34,359 nt of DNA from Natrialbaceae archaeon (GTDB lineage Archaea > Halobacteriota > Halobacteria > Halobacteriales > Natrialbaceae), in NCBI GenBank assembly GCA_003552885.1, contig PUPA01000169.1, forward strand, positions 1 through 34,359. Reading direction: 5' to 3'. Positions 14,198 to 25,191 of this stretch are shown here, in pieces. The notes beneath the pieces are model-generated. The model was not told the DNA's origin. It saw only the letters and a program-made list of their open reading frames with translations, and did not search any database. The translations under genes were made by a program, and so were the position numbers. Numbering within the stretch: position 1 is the stretch's first letter; each line of letters begins with the position of its first letter.

Positions 14198-16399
14198 ATG
14201 AGCAACGACACGAACGTCGACGATCCTCCCGAGGGGGCGCCCGAACCACAGGGGGCTCCCGGTTCGTCGGCCGAGGGCGAGATCGTCGAGGGCGAAGAGC
14301 GCCCGTCCGACGACGAGGGCGACCCCGAACGGGTCCCGGAGCCGAGCCACGGAGGCGAGAGGAGTCGACGCGACGAGCCGGACCACGGGGGCGAAGAGCC
14401 CCTTCCAGGGGAGCGCTCCGGAGGGGACGACGACGTCGAGACCGTCGAGGACCTCGGCAGCACCGTCGAGGTCGACGAGGGCGCCGAGGTCGACGATGCG
14501 ATCGCCGACGAAGACCTGATCGGCGGGCTCAAGATCGATTCCACCGAGGACATCGAGGTCCCAGACCGACTCGTCGACCAGGTGATCGGCCAGGACGAAG
14601 CGCGGGACATCATCATCAAGGCGGCCAAGCAGCGCCGGCACGTGATGATGATCGGCTCGCCCGGGACGGGCAAGTCGATGCTGGCGAAAGCGATGAGCCA
14701 GCTGCTCCCGAAAGAGGACCTCCAGGACGTCCTCGTCTATCACAACCCCGACGACGGCAACGAACCGAAAGTCCGGACCGTGCCGGCGGGGAAGGGCGAA
14801 CAGATCATCGACGCCCACAAAGAAGAAGCCAGAAAGCGCAACCAGATGCGCTCGATCCTGATGTGGATCATCATCGCGGTGATCATCGTCTACTCGTTTA
14901 TCATCGGGAACATCCTGCTCGGGATCCTCGCGGCCGGTATCATCTGGCTGATCTTCCGGTACACCTCCCGGGGAACCGACGCGATGGTGCCGAACATGAT
15001 CGTCAACAACGGCGACCAGCGCCAGGCGCCGTTCGAGGACGCCACCGGCGCCCACGCCGGCGCGTTGCTGGGTGACGTCCGCCACGACCCGTTCCAGTCC
15101 GGCGGGATGGAGACGCCCAGCCACGACCGCGTCGAACCCGGCGCGATCCACAAGTCGAACAAGGGCGTGCTGTTCGTCGACGAGATCAACACCCTGGACG
15201 TCCGCACCCAGCAGAAGCTGATGACGGCGATCCAGGAGGGGGAGTTCTCGATCACCGGCCAGTCCGAACGCTCCTCGGGCGCGATGGTCCAGACCGAGCC
15301 CGTCCCCTGTGATTTCATCATGATCGCGGCGGGGAACCTGGATGCGATGGAGAACATGCACCCCGCACTCCGCAGCCGGATCAAAGGCTACGGCTACGAG
15401 GTGTACATGGAGGATACGATCGAGGACAACGCGGAGATGCGCCGGAAGTACGCCCGGTTTATCGCCCAGGAGGTCGAACGAGACGGCCGCCTGCCCCACT
15501 TCACCCGCGAGGCCGTAGAGGAGGTCATCCTCGAGGCCAAACGGCGTGCGGGCCGCAAAGAGCACCTGACGCTTCACTTCCGGAACCTCGGCGGGCTCGT
15601 CCGCGTCGCCGGCGACATCGCCCGCGCGGAGGACACCGACTTCACCACCCGCGAACACGTCCTGCGGGCGAAAGACCGCTCGCGGTCGATCGAACAGCAA
15701 CTCGCCGACGACTACATCGAGCGGCGCAAGGACTACGAGCTGCAGGTCAGCGAGGGTGGCGTCGAGGGTCGGGTCAACGGGCTGGCCGTCATGGGCGAGG
15801 ACTCGGGGATCATGCTCCCCGTGATGGCCGAGATCGCCCCCGCACAGGGGGGTGGGAAGGTGATCGCCACCGGCCAGCTCAAGGAGATGGCCGAGGAGTC
15901 CGTCCAGAACGTCTCGGCGATCATCAAGAAGTTCTCGGACGTCGACCTCTCGGAGAAGGACGTCCACATCCAGTTCGTCCAGGCCGGCGAGGGCGGCGTC
16001 GACGGCGACTCCGCCTCGATCACGGTCGCGACCGCCGTCATCTCCGCGCTGGAGGACATCCCGGTCGACCAGCGGGTGGCGATGACCGGCTCGCTGTCCG
16101 TGCGCGGGGACGTCCTCCCCGTCGGCGGCGTCACCCACAAGATCGAGGCCGCGGCGAAAGCCGGCTGCGATCGGGTGATCATCCCCAAGACCAACGAACA
16201 GGACGTGATGATCGAAGACGAGTACAAGGAGATGATCGAGATCATCCCCTGTTCGAACATCAGCGAGGTGCTCGAAGTCGCCCTGATGGGCGAACCCGAG
16301 AAGGACTCGCTGCTCGATCGGCTGAAGTCGATCACCGGCTCGGCGTTCGACGGCCAGGTCGCCAGCTCGACGGGCGGCCAGAGTCCGAGCCCACAGTAG
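14198..16399 (+). CDS. lonB: Membrane-bound archaeal Lon protease (LonB)
   Basis: 733 aa from ATG 14198 (the track start at 14177 is TTG). Walker A motif 'GSPGTGKS'. Two transmembrane helices are inserted in the AAA+ domain ('[34 protein letters not shown]'). The C-terminal Lon protease domain carries 'GDSASITV'. A long acidic N-terminal extension is present. Confidence 0.92.
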   Translation: MSNDTNVDDPPEGAPEPQGAPGSSAEGEIVEGEERPSDDEGDPERVPEPSHGGERSRRDEPDHGGEEPLPGERSGGDDDVETVEDLGSTVEVDEGAEVDDAIADEDLIGGLKIDSTEDIEVPDRLVDQVIGQDEARDIIIKAAKQRRHVMMIGSPGTGKSMLAKAMSQLLPKEDLQDVLVYHNPDDGNEPKVRTVPAGKGEQIIDAHKEEARKRNQMRSILMWIIIAVIIVYSFIIGNILLGILAAGIIWLIFRYTSRGTDAMVPNMIVNNGDQRQAPFEDATGAHAGALLGDVRHDPFQSGGMETPSHDRVEPGAIHKSNKGVLFVDEINTLDVRTQQKLMTAIQEGEFSITGQSERSSGAMVQTEPVPCDFIMIAAGNLDAMENMHPALRSRIKGYGYEVYMEDTIEDNAEMRRKYARFIAQEVERDGRLPHFTREAVEEVILEAKRRAGRKEHLTLHFRNLGGLVRVAGDIARAEDTDFTTREHVLRAKDRSRSIEQQLADDYIERRKDYELQVSEGGVEGRVNGLAVMGEDSGIMLPVMAEIAPAQGGGKVIATGQLKEMAEESVQNVSAIIKKFSDVDLSEKDVHIQFVQAGEGGVDGDSASITVATAVISALEDIPVDQRVAMTGSLSVRGDVLPVGGVTHKIEAAAKAGCDRVIIPKTNEQDVMIEDEYKEMIEIIPCSNISEVLEVALMGEPEKDSLLDRLKSITGSAFDGQVASSTGGQSPSPQ

Positions 16400-17398
16400 A
16401 TGGCCCAGTGGGTGGCGTTCGCGGCACTCACGGGCGTCGTCCTGGCGCTGTTGCTCGTTCTCTCACACCTCACGACGGTCGCGTTCGAGGACGGTGACGA
16501 CCTCGGGCCGACCACCGACCGGGATCACGGGGGCGACGAACGCGTCGTCGGACCGCGATTCGATCCGTCCAGGTCGGACGGGAGCCGGGACGTCACGGCC
16601 GATCGAACCGACGCCGCATCGTCGCTCCCCTCGACAGAGGTCGTCCGGATCGACGAACCCTCCGAGACGGGTGTCGATCGGAGCCGAGCGGACGGGTCGG
16701 TCGATGGCCGGCGGGGCGAGGAGGTAGCCGGCTCCGACGGACCGGCCATCCGCGGCGAACGAACCGACGACCGGGGCGTCGAACCGGAGTCGCTGTCGAC
16801 CGCGGCGTTGCTCGCGAACGTCGCCGTCTCCCAGGGACTCTTCGCGGTCGTGCTGATCGGCGGGGCGATCTACACGGGAATCCCCGCCGACGCGCTGGGG
16901 ATCGCGTTCGACCGGGCGTACCTCCGGGAGGGGCTGGTCGTCGGCGTCGGGCTCGGGGTGGTCCTCTACGCGCTCAACGAGGTCGGCGCGGCGGGGGCGA
17001 AACGCGCGGAAATCGACCTCAGCGAGGAGCTCCGGGAGCTGCTCGCGCCGGAGTCGGCCGGCGGCTGGCTCGTCCTCCTGTTCGTCGTGTTGCCGATCAT
17101 CGCCGTCTTCGAGGAGCTGTTGTTCCGGGCGGCGCTCGTCGGCGCGCTCTCTGTGGGCTTTGGGATCTCCCCCTGGCTGCTCGCGGTCGGCTCGTCGGTC
17201 GCGTTCGCGGTCGGCCACGGCATGCAGGGCACCGCGGGGGTGATCGTCACGGGCACCCTCGGGTTCGTCCTCGCGGCCGCGTTCGTCCTCACCGGGAGCC
17301 TCCTCGTCGTGATCGTCGCCCACTACCTGATAAACGTCCTCGAGTTCGTCGTCCACGAGGGCCTCGACGTCGACCCGCTCGGAACCACCGGGAGCTAA
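16400..17398 (+). CDS. CPBP-family intramembrane glutamic protease (Abi/CAAX protease-like)
   Basis: 332 aa, with its ATG immediately after the lonB TAG. The C-terminal half is polytopic. 'FEELLFR' (the EExxxR motif) and 'FAVGH' are CPBP signatures. About 100 aa after the first helix look disordered. Confidence 0.82.
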   Translation: MAQWVAFAALTGVVLALLLVLSHLTTVAFEDGDDLGPTTDRDHGGDERVVGPRFDPSRSDGSRDVTADRTDAASSLPSTEVVRIDEPSETGVDRSRADGSVDGRRGEEVAGSDGPAIRGERTDDRGVEPESLSTAALLANVAVSQGLFAVVLIGGAIYTGIPADALGIAFDRAYLREGLVVGVGLGVVLYALNEVGAAGAKRAEIDLSEELRELLAPESAGGWLVLLFVVLPIIAVFEELLFRAALVGALSVGFGISPWLLAVGSSVAFAVGHGMQGTAGVIVTGTLGFVLAAAFVLTGSLLVVIVAHYLINVLEFVVHEGLDVDPLGTTGS

Positions 17399-17423
17399 GA
17401 GGGCGGGCCCCTTCGCCCGAGCT

Positions 17424-17771
17424 ATGAGCGGCATCCAGTCGTTTCCGGAGCCGGTGCGACGGGCGTTGATCGGGGGCGTGATCCTCTACTTCGCGCTCGT
17501 GCTCGTCGCGGTCGTGACGGGGAACGCCCTCGCCAACCTGCTCTCACTCGCCCTCTTCGGGGTCATCGCCGTCGGTCTCGGGGTCGTCCTGATCCAGGAG
17601 GCCGAGGGTGAACGGACGCCGATCCGCGCGGCGGGCATCCTGCTCGTCGTCGCCGGCGGCGCTCGGTTTGCGTGGCTGGTGACCGGGGAAGGCGTATTCG
17701 AGACGGTGACGACGATCGGCGTGATTTTCGGTATCGCCATCTACGCGTATGCGGTGTACGTCGCGAGCTGA
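17424..17771 (+). CDS. Small integral membrane protein (about 4 TM), function unknown
   Basis: 115 aa with an ATG start and four hydrophobic segments. It lies 25 nt after the CPBP gene on the same strand. Confidence 0.6.
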   Translation: MSGIQSFPEPVRRALIGGVILYFALVLVAVVTGNALANLLSLALFGVIAVGLGVVLIQEAEGERTPIRAAGILLVVAGGARFAWLVTGEGVFETVTTIGVIFGIAIYAYAVYVAS

Positions 17772-17793
17772 GACGAAAGCCGCCGCCGGATTT

Positions 17794-18255
17794 ATGCGAC
17801 CGACCGCCGTCGGGGTCGCCGTGCACGTCTCGGTTCTCGGAACGACGATCGAGCTCGACGGGACCGCCGTCGCGGAGCCGGAAGCGGAGATCCGCCGCCA
17901 GCTGGCGGCGTACGAGCGCGGCGAGCGGCGGACGTTCGAGCTGACGGTCGAGGAGCCCCCGGGGCTGACCGGCGAGGTGATGGCCGCGATGGCGGAGATC
18001 TCCTACGGGGAGAGCCGGACGTACGGCGAGCTGGCCGACGAGCTCGACACCGCCCCCGTCGCCGTCGGCGGCGCCTGTGGGCGCAACCCCGTCCCGGTGG
18101 TCGTCCCCTGTCACCGCGTGGTCGGCCACGACGGCGGACTCCGTGGCTACTCGACGGCCGGCGGGGTGGCGACCAAACGGGCGTTACTCGAGTTCGAGGC
18201 CCGACGGTCGGACCCGGCACAGAGCCGGTTCCCGTGGTCGCCTCCGGAGGAATAA
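17794..18255 (+). CDS. ogt: Methylated-DNA--protein-cysteine methyltransferase (Ogt/MGMT)
   Basis: 153 aa from ATG 17794 (the track start at 17749 overlaps the previous gene). 'SYGESRTYGELA' and 'NPVPVVVPCHRVV' are present, with the active-site Cys codon at 18109-18111. Confidence 0.88.
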   Translation: MRPTAVGVAVHVSVLGTTIELDGTAVAEPEAEIRRQLAAYERGERRTFELTVEEPPGLTGEVMAAMAEISYGESRTYGELADELDTAPVAVGGACGRNPVPVVVPCHRVVGHDGGLRGYSTAGGVATKRALLEFEARRSDPAQSRFPWSPPEE

Positions 18256-18272
18256 CGCCGACGGCTGACGAG

Positions 18273-18335
18273 GTCGACCGCAGCCTGTTGGACGGAGTCG
18301 ACCGCAGCCTGCTGGACGGGGTCGAATGCAGACGG
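18273..18335. repeat. 24-bp tandem direct repeat, about 2.6 copies
   Basis: Units at 18273-18296 'gtcgaccgcagcctgttggacgga' and 18297-18320 'gtcgaccgcagcctgctggacggg', plus a partial copy 18321-18335 'gtcgaatgcagacgg'. Confidence 0.85.
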
Positions 18336-18359
18336 CCGAACGGGCCCAGCCCCGGACCG

Positions 18360-19529
18360 TCACCCCTCCGGGAGCCGACTCGTCGCCGCGATCACGAGGA
18401 GTGCGAGCGCCGCCAGCGCGAGAAACGCCTCGTCGAAGAAGCCGAGGTCCGCGGCCGCACCGAAGGCGGCCGGGCTCGCCGCACCGATCGTAAAGGAGAC
18501 GGTCCGGATGACCCCGAAACCCGAGCCCTGGATCTCCGCGGGGAGGGCGACGATCAGATACGACTGGGTGACCGTCGCGAAGCCGAGTAAGGCACTCGAG
18601 AGGATGGTGACCACGACGAGTGGACCAAGCCCGTGGACGAACGGCAACGCGGCGATCCCGACCGCCGAGATCCCCATGACGACGACGAGCGACCGGCGGA
18701 TCCCGATCCGGTCGTAAGCGGCCCCCGAGAGCGGCTGGACGGCGACCCCGAGGGCGAAAAAGAGCCCGAACAGGATCCCGGCCCGGGTCGCCGAGAGCCC
18801 CTTCTCCTCGATGAGATACGTCGGGTAGAAGCCCGTAAACGCCTGCCAGAGACAGACCCCGAGCAACAGCGTCACCGTTCCGTAGCCGACCGACGGTCGG
18901 CGGAGGCCCGCGAAGGTCTCGCGGATCGCCTCGAGGCTGAGCGCGTCCTCGTCGCCGGCGGCCTCGCGGCCGCCGACGGGGACGACCAGCCAGAGGGCGA
19001 CGGCGACGAGGACAAAAAGCGGGATGGCGAACGCGAAGCCGTACTGCCAGGCCACGGCCGCGGCGATCAGTCCCCCGATCGGCGGGAGCACCGACTGGCC
19101 GGCGTCGGCGGCCGCGGAGGTGACGCCGTTTGCCGCCCCGACCCGCTCGGGGTAGAGCCCCGCGAGCAGGGTGTAGCGGGCGACGGCGTACAGGGCGATG
19201 CCGGCGCCAAAGAGCGCGGTCGCGACGAACAACACGGCCGTCGACCCCGCGGTGACGACCAGCCCCAGGGTCAGCGCCGAGACGGCCGTGCTCACGGCCA
19301 GGACGATCCGCTCGCCAAAGCGGTCGGCGAGCAGCCCACCGGGGAGCTGACCGAGGCCGTAGGCGAGAAAGAGGACGGTCAACAGGACGCCGGCGGTCGC
19401 CAGATCGAGGTCGTACGCCTCCCGGAGCTGTGGGAGCACCACCGGGTAGATCATCCGCACGCCGATGGAGAGAAACCAGCCGGCCGCGGCGGCGACGAGG
19501 ATCGGACCACGCCCCTCGCTCCAGAGCAT
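18360..19529 (-). CDS. MFS-family transporter
   Basis: 389 aa from ATG 19529 (the track start at 19604 is GTG). About 12 hydrophobic helices. 'GQLPGGLLADRFGER' is the MFS loop 2-3 motif. Confidence 0.8.
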   Translation of the reverse strand: MLWSEGRGPILVAAAAGWFLSIGVRMIYPVVLPQLREAYDLDLATAGVLLTVLFLAYGLGQLPGGLLADRFGERIVLAVSTAVSALTLGLVVTAGSTAVLFVATALFGAGIALYAVARYTLLAGLYPERVGAANGVTSAAADAGQSVLPPIGGLIAAAVAWQYGFAFAIPLFVLVAVALWLVVPVGGREAAGDEDALSLEAIRETFAGLRRPSVGYGTVTLLLGVCLWQAFTGFYPTYLIEEKGLSATRAGILFGLFFALGVAVQPLSGAAYDRIGIRRSLVVVMGISAVGIAALPFVHGLGPLVVVTILSSALLGFATVTQSYLIVALPAEIQGSGFGVIRTVSFTIGAASPAAFGAAADLGFFDEAFLALAALALLVIAATSRLPEG

Positions 19530-19823
19530 CGACCCCTCGTGTCTGATCGTCGTGAGCGTGGACACGCGTGTGAGTGTCTCCGCCGGCGGCTTCTCCGCTC
19601 TCACGTATCAACCTTCCGACTCCCGGCTCCCGGGTGAGGGTGTCGGTAATTCGGTGGACAGAGGTGTCCGAACGGCCGTGTACCGATCGAAGCCGGTTCC
19701 GGAGCGGCCGAAATATCAGATACAAACGTTATCTTTCCGCGGCTGTCGAGAGCCGGAGAGCCGACTCGGAGGGCGCAGGCCGACGCACGAAGCGTTTTGC
19801 CCCCTCGCCGTCGCCGTGGAGGT

Positions 19824-20225
19824 ATGGTACGAGACCACGACGGGTCGGCGATCCCGTCGGTGTACAACCTCGCCGAGGTGCCCGCGTTCCGCGAGGAGCC
19901 GGGGATCAGACAGTCGGTGTTCCGTGGTAACGACCACCTGCTCGGCTTCTCGATCATCGGCCCCGAAAAGCCCGAGGCCGACCCCCACAGCCACCCCTAC
20001 GAGCAGTCGAACCTGCTGATCGAGGGCCGTCTCGAGTTTCTCGTCGACGGGGAGAGCGTCACCCTCGAGCCGTACGACGCGCTGACGATCCCGCCGGGAG
20101 TCGCCCACACCTCCCGACCGGTCGACGACGACAGGGCCGTCCTGCTCGCGTTCTGGCCACTCCGGGAGGACCGCCTCGAGGCGACGGGCTACCAGGAGGA
20201 GTTCTACGGGACGCCCGGGGAGTGA
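19824..20225 (+). CDS. Cupin-domain protein
   Basis: 133 aa from ATG 19824 (the track start at 19797 is TTG, followed by an Arg run). '[23 protein letters not shown]......IPPGVAH' is the cupin two-motif pattern. Confidence 0.75.
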   Translation: MVRDHDGSAIPSVYNLAEVPAFREEPGIRQSVFRGNDHLLGFSIIGPEKPEADPHSHPYEQSNLLIEGRLEFLVDGESVTLEPYDALTIPPGVAHTSRPVDDDRAVLLAFWPLREDRLEATGYQEEFYGTPGE

Positions 20226-20240
20226 TCGGCACGTTCGATC

Positions 20241-20385
20241 GGCAGGGTGGAGCGCCCGGCTGGCAGGGTGGTCGGCTCGCCCGACCGGCAGGGTGACCCG
20301 CTCGCCCAACCGACAGGATGAAGCGATCGACCGACAGGGTGGAGTGCCGACCGGTAGAGTGATCGGGCGACCGACCGAGGGGCCG
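20241..20385. repeat. Array of six degenerate direct repeats (9-mer core GRYAGRRTG, usually preceded by CCGACC) at 20-25 bp spacing
   Basis: Cores start at 20241, 20262, 20287, 20312, 20333 and 20353 (GGCAGGGTG x3, GACAGGATG, GACAGGGTG, GGTAGAGTG). A final CCGACCGAGG lies at 20371. The array ends 4 nt before the aroA ATG. Confidence 0.8.
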
Positions 20386-20388
20386 AAC

Positions 20389-21675
20389 ATGGACGTCACC
20401 GTCTTCCCGTCCCGCGTGGGCGGGACGGCCCGGGCACCGCCGTCGAAGAGCTACACCCACCGGGCGATCCTCGCGGCCGGCTACGCCGACGGCGCGACCG
20501 TCGAGGATCCCCTCCTGAGCGCGGACACCCGGGCGACCGGGCGGGCCGTGGACCTCTTGGGCGGTGCCGTCGAGGAAGACGGGACCGACGCCCTCGCCGT
20601 GGAGGGATTCGGAGGGAAGCCGGCGGTGCCGGCGGACGTGATCGACTGTGTGAACAGCGGGACGACGATGCGGCTCGTGACGGCGACGGCGGCGCTGGCC
20701 GACGGGACGACGGTGCTCACCGGCGACGGCTCGCTGCGGAGTCGTCCGCAGGGACCCCTGCTCGAGGCGATCACTGACCTCGGTGGGGAGGCCGCGAGTA
20801 CCCGTGCCAACGGGCAGGCACCCCTGGTGGTCACGGGGCCGATCGACGGCGGGCGCGTCGCGATCCCCGGCGACGTCTCCTCCCAGTACGTCACCGCGCT
20901 GTTGATGGCCGGCGCCGTCACCGACGAGGGCGTCGAGATCGTCCTCGAGACGCCGCTCAAGTCCGCGCCGTACGTCGAGATCACCCTCGAGCTGCTCGCC
21001 GACTTCGGGATCGATGCCGGGGCGACCGACGAGGGGTTCTCCGTCGAGGGGAGCCAGCGGTACGCCCCGGAGGGCGGAACGTACGCCGTCCCGGGTGACT
21101 TCTCCTCGATCTCCTACCTCGTCGCCGCGGGTGCACTCGCCGGCGAGGACGTCGTCGTCACGGGAGCCCGACCCAGCGCCCAGGGGGACGTGGCGATCCT
21201 CGAGATCGTCGAGCGGATGGGCGCGGACCTCGAGTGGGACCGGGAGGCCGGCACCGTCGAGGTCTCAGCCGCGGCGCTCGAGGGCGTCGAGGTCGCGGTC
21301 GCGGACACGCCCGATCTGCTGCCGACGATCGCCGTCCTCGGCGCGGTCGCCGACGGAGAGACGCGGATCGTCGACGCCGAACACGTCCGGTACAAAGAGA
21401 CCGATCGCGTGAGCGCGATGGTCGAGGAGCTCGGTCGGATGGGCGTCGAGACGACCGAACGGCGGGATGCACTCACCGTCCACGGTGGGGACTCCCGACT
21501 CCGGGGAGCGACGGTCGACGGCCGGGGCGACCACCGGATCGTCATGGCGCTCGCGGTCGCCGCGCTCGTCGCCGACGGGCCGACGACGATCCGGGGAGCC
21601 GAACACGTCGACGTCTCCTTCCCGGAGTTTTTCGACGTGCTGGCGGCCCTGGGCGTCGACCTCGGCCGGGAGTGA
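20389..21675 (+). CDS. aroA: 3-phosphoshikimate 1-carboxyvinyltransferase (EPSP synthase)
   Basis: 428 aa from ATG 20389. '[13 protein letters not shown]', 'NSGTTMRL', 'LRSRPQGPL' and 'DHRIVMA' are classic EPSPS motifs. The upstream track extension is simply the repeat array translated. Confidence 0.92.
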   Translation: MDVTVFPSRVGGTARAPPSKSYTHRAILAAGYADGATVEDPLLSADTRATGRAVDLLGGAVEEDGTDALAVEGFGGKPAVPADVIDCVNSGTTMRLVTATAALADGTTVLTGDGSLRSRPQGPLLEAITDLGGEAASTRANGQAPLVVTGPIDGGRVAIPGDVSSQYVTALLMAGAVTDEGVEIVLETPLKSAPYVEITLELLADFGIDAGATDEGFSVEGSQRYAPEGGTYAVPGDFSSISYLVAAGALAGEDVVVTGARPSAQGDVAILEIVERMGADLEWDREAGTVEVSAAALEGVEVAVADTPDLLPTIAVLGAVADGETRIVDAEHVRYKETDRVSAMVEELGRMGVETTERRDALTVHGGDSRLRGATVDGRGDHRIVMALAVAALVADGPTTIRGAEHVDVSFPEFFDVLAALGVDLGRE

Positions 21676-21727
21676 GCCGTGGACGACCGGATCGGTCACA
21701 GACCGCGTGGCGAGCGGAGCCGCCCGT

Positions 21728-22009
21728 TCAACGGTACAGGGAGAGATACAGCATCCCGAAGCCGACGATGAACGGGACGGTCTCGACGATGTAGAAGGCG
21801 ACGTGTGGCGAGGACAGCTGGGAGGTTATCGTCGTGAGTGCGACGCCCATACTGAGGAAGGCAAAGCCGATGAACGCCGACTCGAGGCGTTTGGTCGGCC
21901 GCGCGCGATATGACTGGAAGCTTATCACCGTCAGGCCGAGCGCCAGGGCGAAGACGGCCATCCGCATGAACATGAGCAGGGCGTCGAGCAGTTCGTTCAC
22001 CACGACCAC
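21728..22009 (-). CDS. Small membrane protein (about 3 TM), function unknown
   Basis: 93 aa from a GTG at 22009, with an alternative ATG at 21973. It has three hydrophobic segments. It lies 21 nt downstream of the wHTH gene on the same strand. Confidence 0.6.
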   Translation of the reverse strand: MVVVNELLDALLMFMRMAVFALALGLTVISFQSYRARPTKRLESAFIGFAFLSMGVALTTITSQLSSPHVAFYIVETVPFIVGFGMLYLSLYR

Positions 22010-22030
22010 CCCGCGGCGATCGCCCGCATG

Positions 22031-22384
22031 TCAGCGATCGGCGCCGAGGTCGTCCCACAGCTGGGCGAACCGGTCGGGGAGGTTCTCCTCGCGGAAGATC
22101 CGGACGTCGTACTCGTCGTCCTCCAGGGAGATGACCGTACTGTTGAAGTTACACCGGTACTCGTTGTAGTGGTTGCCGTCGTCGGCGACGAGCGTCCGTT
22201 CTTTGATCAGATCGTGCTGTTTGAGGGTGTCGAGACGCCGGTAGATCGTCGGCTGTGAGAGCTCCAGCCGTTCGGTTAGATCCTTGGCCGAACAGGGCTC
22301 GTGGCTGATCTCAGCCAGAACCGTCCGGGCCTTATCGTCCCCGATGGTGTCGAGAATCTCCTCAATTGGGGTCTCTTCGTCCAT
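22031..22384 (-). CDS. Winged helix-turn-helix (ArsR-like) transcriptional regulator
   Basis: 117 aa from ATG 22384 (the track start at 22411 is TTG). 'ARTVLAEISHEPCSAKDLTERLELSQPTIYRRLDTLKQHDLI' is an ArsR/wHTH core. Confidence 0.75.
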   Translation of the reverse strand: MDEETPIEEILDTIGDDKARTVLAEISHEPCSAKDLTERLELSQPTIYRRLDTLKQHDLIKERTLVADDGNHYNEYRCNFNSTVISLEDDEYDVRIFREENLPDRFAQLWDDLGADR

Positions 22385-22437
22385 GTCTCCGTGATGCCGA
22401 GCGGCCGTCAAAAGGTTTTCTCAAACCGAGATAATCC

Positions 22438-22490
22438 CTTTATATATCAATTATCGACGGTAGAGAGGCCTGTCGGTGATATATGATAGT
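22438..22490. promoter_or_regulatory. AT-rich divergent promoter region with two TATA-like elements
   Basis: 'ctttatatatcaattatc' (22438-22455) and 'gtgatatatgatag' (22476-22489) stand out in otherwise GC-rich DNA. The second lies about 25-30 nt upstream of ATG 22510. Confidence 0.55.
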
Positions 22491-22509
22491 CGGGTGTATA
22501 CGGGCTGGT

Positions 22510-22710
22510 ATGGCAACGACGGACAACTCGTTCAACGGGCTGACCGAGTGGTGTGAGGAGTGCGGTATGGACACCCTACACGAGGTCAACATCCAGATCG
22601 TGACCGAAGCGACCGAAGGCGAGAACACGCAGTTCTCCCGGGAACCCTACCGGGTCCGGGAGTGCCAGCGGTGTGGCAACCGTGACCGCCAGCGGATGAA
22701 CAACGCCTGA
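22510..22710 (+). CDS. Small zinc-ribbon protein (CxxC...CxxC)
   Basis: 66 aa from ATG 22510, with an alternative ATG at 22483. The 'CEEC' and 'CQRC' pairs are separated by 35 residues. Composition is acidic. Confidence 0.6.
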   Translation: MATTDNSFNGLTEWCEECGMDTLHEVNIQIVTEATEGENTQFSREPYRVRECQRCGNRDRQRMNNA

Positions 22711-22773
22711 TCGGCGGATTCGGCCACGGTTCTCGGACCGACCTTCCACCGACGGAGTCGAGACGGTGACCGA

Positions 22774-23343
22774 TCAGTCGTCGCCGTCCTCGTCGACGAC
22801 GACGACCTCGCCGTCGACGACGTCGACGTTGATCAGCGTCTTGACGTGGTAGCCGGCGTCGGCGACCGCGTTCTCGCCGCCGACTTTCTTGATGACGGCG
22901 ACGGTATCGACGACCTCCGCGCCGATCCCGTCGAGGGCCTCGAGCACCGCCGCCAAGGTGCCGCCGGTCGAGAGCACGTCGTCGAGCACCAGCACCCGCT
23001 CGCCGGCTCGGACGTCGTTTATGAACATCTCGGACTCCGAGTAGCCCGTCTCCTGGGCGATGGCGACCTCCCCGTCGAGGCCGTACTCGCGTTTGCGGAT
23101 CACGGTGAGGGGGATGTCGGTCATCAGCGAGACGGCCGTCGAGATGTGGATCCCCATCGCCGCGGGGGTGACGATCCGGTCGACCTTCCGGAGCTCGGCC
23201 TTGCGGATGATCCCGATGACGATCTCCCGGAGCAGTCCCGGATCCAGCATGGGGACGCCGTCGCTGATCGGGTGAACGAAGTACTGGTAGTCGCCTTTCT
23301 CGACGATCGGCGCCTCGAGCAACGACGTTTTCAGCTGATCCAT
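22774..23343 (-). CDS. hpt: Purine phosphoribosyltransferase (archaeal HGPRTase-like)
   Basis: 189 aa from ATG 23343. '[15 protein letters not shown]' is the PRPP-binding motif. '[13 protein letters not shown]' is typical of the archaeal HPRT-like family. The 581-aa track ORF upstream of this start is Arg/Gly-rich and antisense to gpmI. Confidence 0.85.
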   Translation of the reverse strand: MDQLKTSLLEAPIVEKGDYQYFVHPISDGVPMLDPGLLREIVIGIIRKAELRKVDRIVTPAAMGIHISTAVSLMTDIPLTVIRKREYGLDGEVAIAQETGYSESEMFINDVRAGERVLVLDDVLSTGGTLAAVLEALDGIGAEVVDTVAVIKKVGGENAVADAGYHVKTLINVDVVDGEVVVVDEDGDD

Positions 23344-23520
23344 GTCGCCCGTCGGGGGGTGACCGAGTAAAAGCTGACGAAAGTCGCCAATCGCCCGGTG
23401 GGAGCCGGCCACCGTCGCCAGCGTCCGACGCCCCCATCCCGACCACGTCCGACGGTCCGGCGTCGGCCGCACCCGACCGACAACGACAGCTAGTTGTCCG
23501 GCGGCCGTCATCGCCCCTGT

Positions 23521-25047
<1,527 letters not shown>

Positions 25048-25191
25048 CACTGGCGGCACGGATCGTCGTCCCGCGGCCGGCGGACACTCGAACGGCGCCG
25101 GTGGCGAACCACGACCGGTCGGATCAGACGTCCTCGAGGGCGTAGTAGACTCCGCCGAGGACGAGCCCGAAGACGACGTGTCCGACGCCGC

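Noticed and set aside
13445-16138. 897-aa ORF antisense to lonB. Similar long antisense or out-of-frame ORFs include 6929-8536, 2662-4140, 18184-19725, 3537-4571, 23619-24695 and 8526-9515.
   Set aside because: They are extremely Arg/Pro/Gly/Asp-rich with low-complexity translations. They lie opposite or out of frame to genes with clear motifs. Stop codons are rare in off-frames at this GC content, so these are artefacts rather than overlapping genes.
14198-16399. Intein or insertion in LonB, suggested by its length of 733 aa.
   Set aside because: The extra length is an acidic N-terminal tail plus the usual membrane insertion in the AAA+ domain. No intein splice motifs or endonuclease blocks are seen. 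The same holds for PpcA, Cca and GpmI.
18234-18590. 118-aa + strand ORF that translates the 24-bp repeat as 'VDRSLLDGVDRSLLDG'.
   Set aside because: The remainder of the ORF is Arg-rich and antisense to the MFS transporter C-terminus. No promoter-like element precedes it.
19530-19823. The 294-bp MFS/cupin divergent spacer as a possible ncRNA or riboswitch.
   Set aside because: It contains only short stems (GACAC...GTGTC, GGACA...TGTCC, AGATA...TATCT) and one AT-rich patch (19709-19730) that is adequately explained as shared promoter DNA. I recognise no conserved RNA motif.
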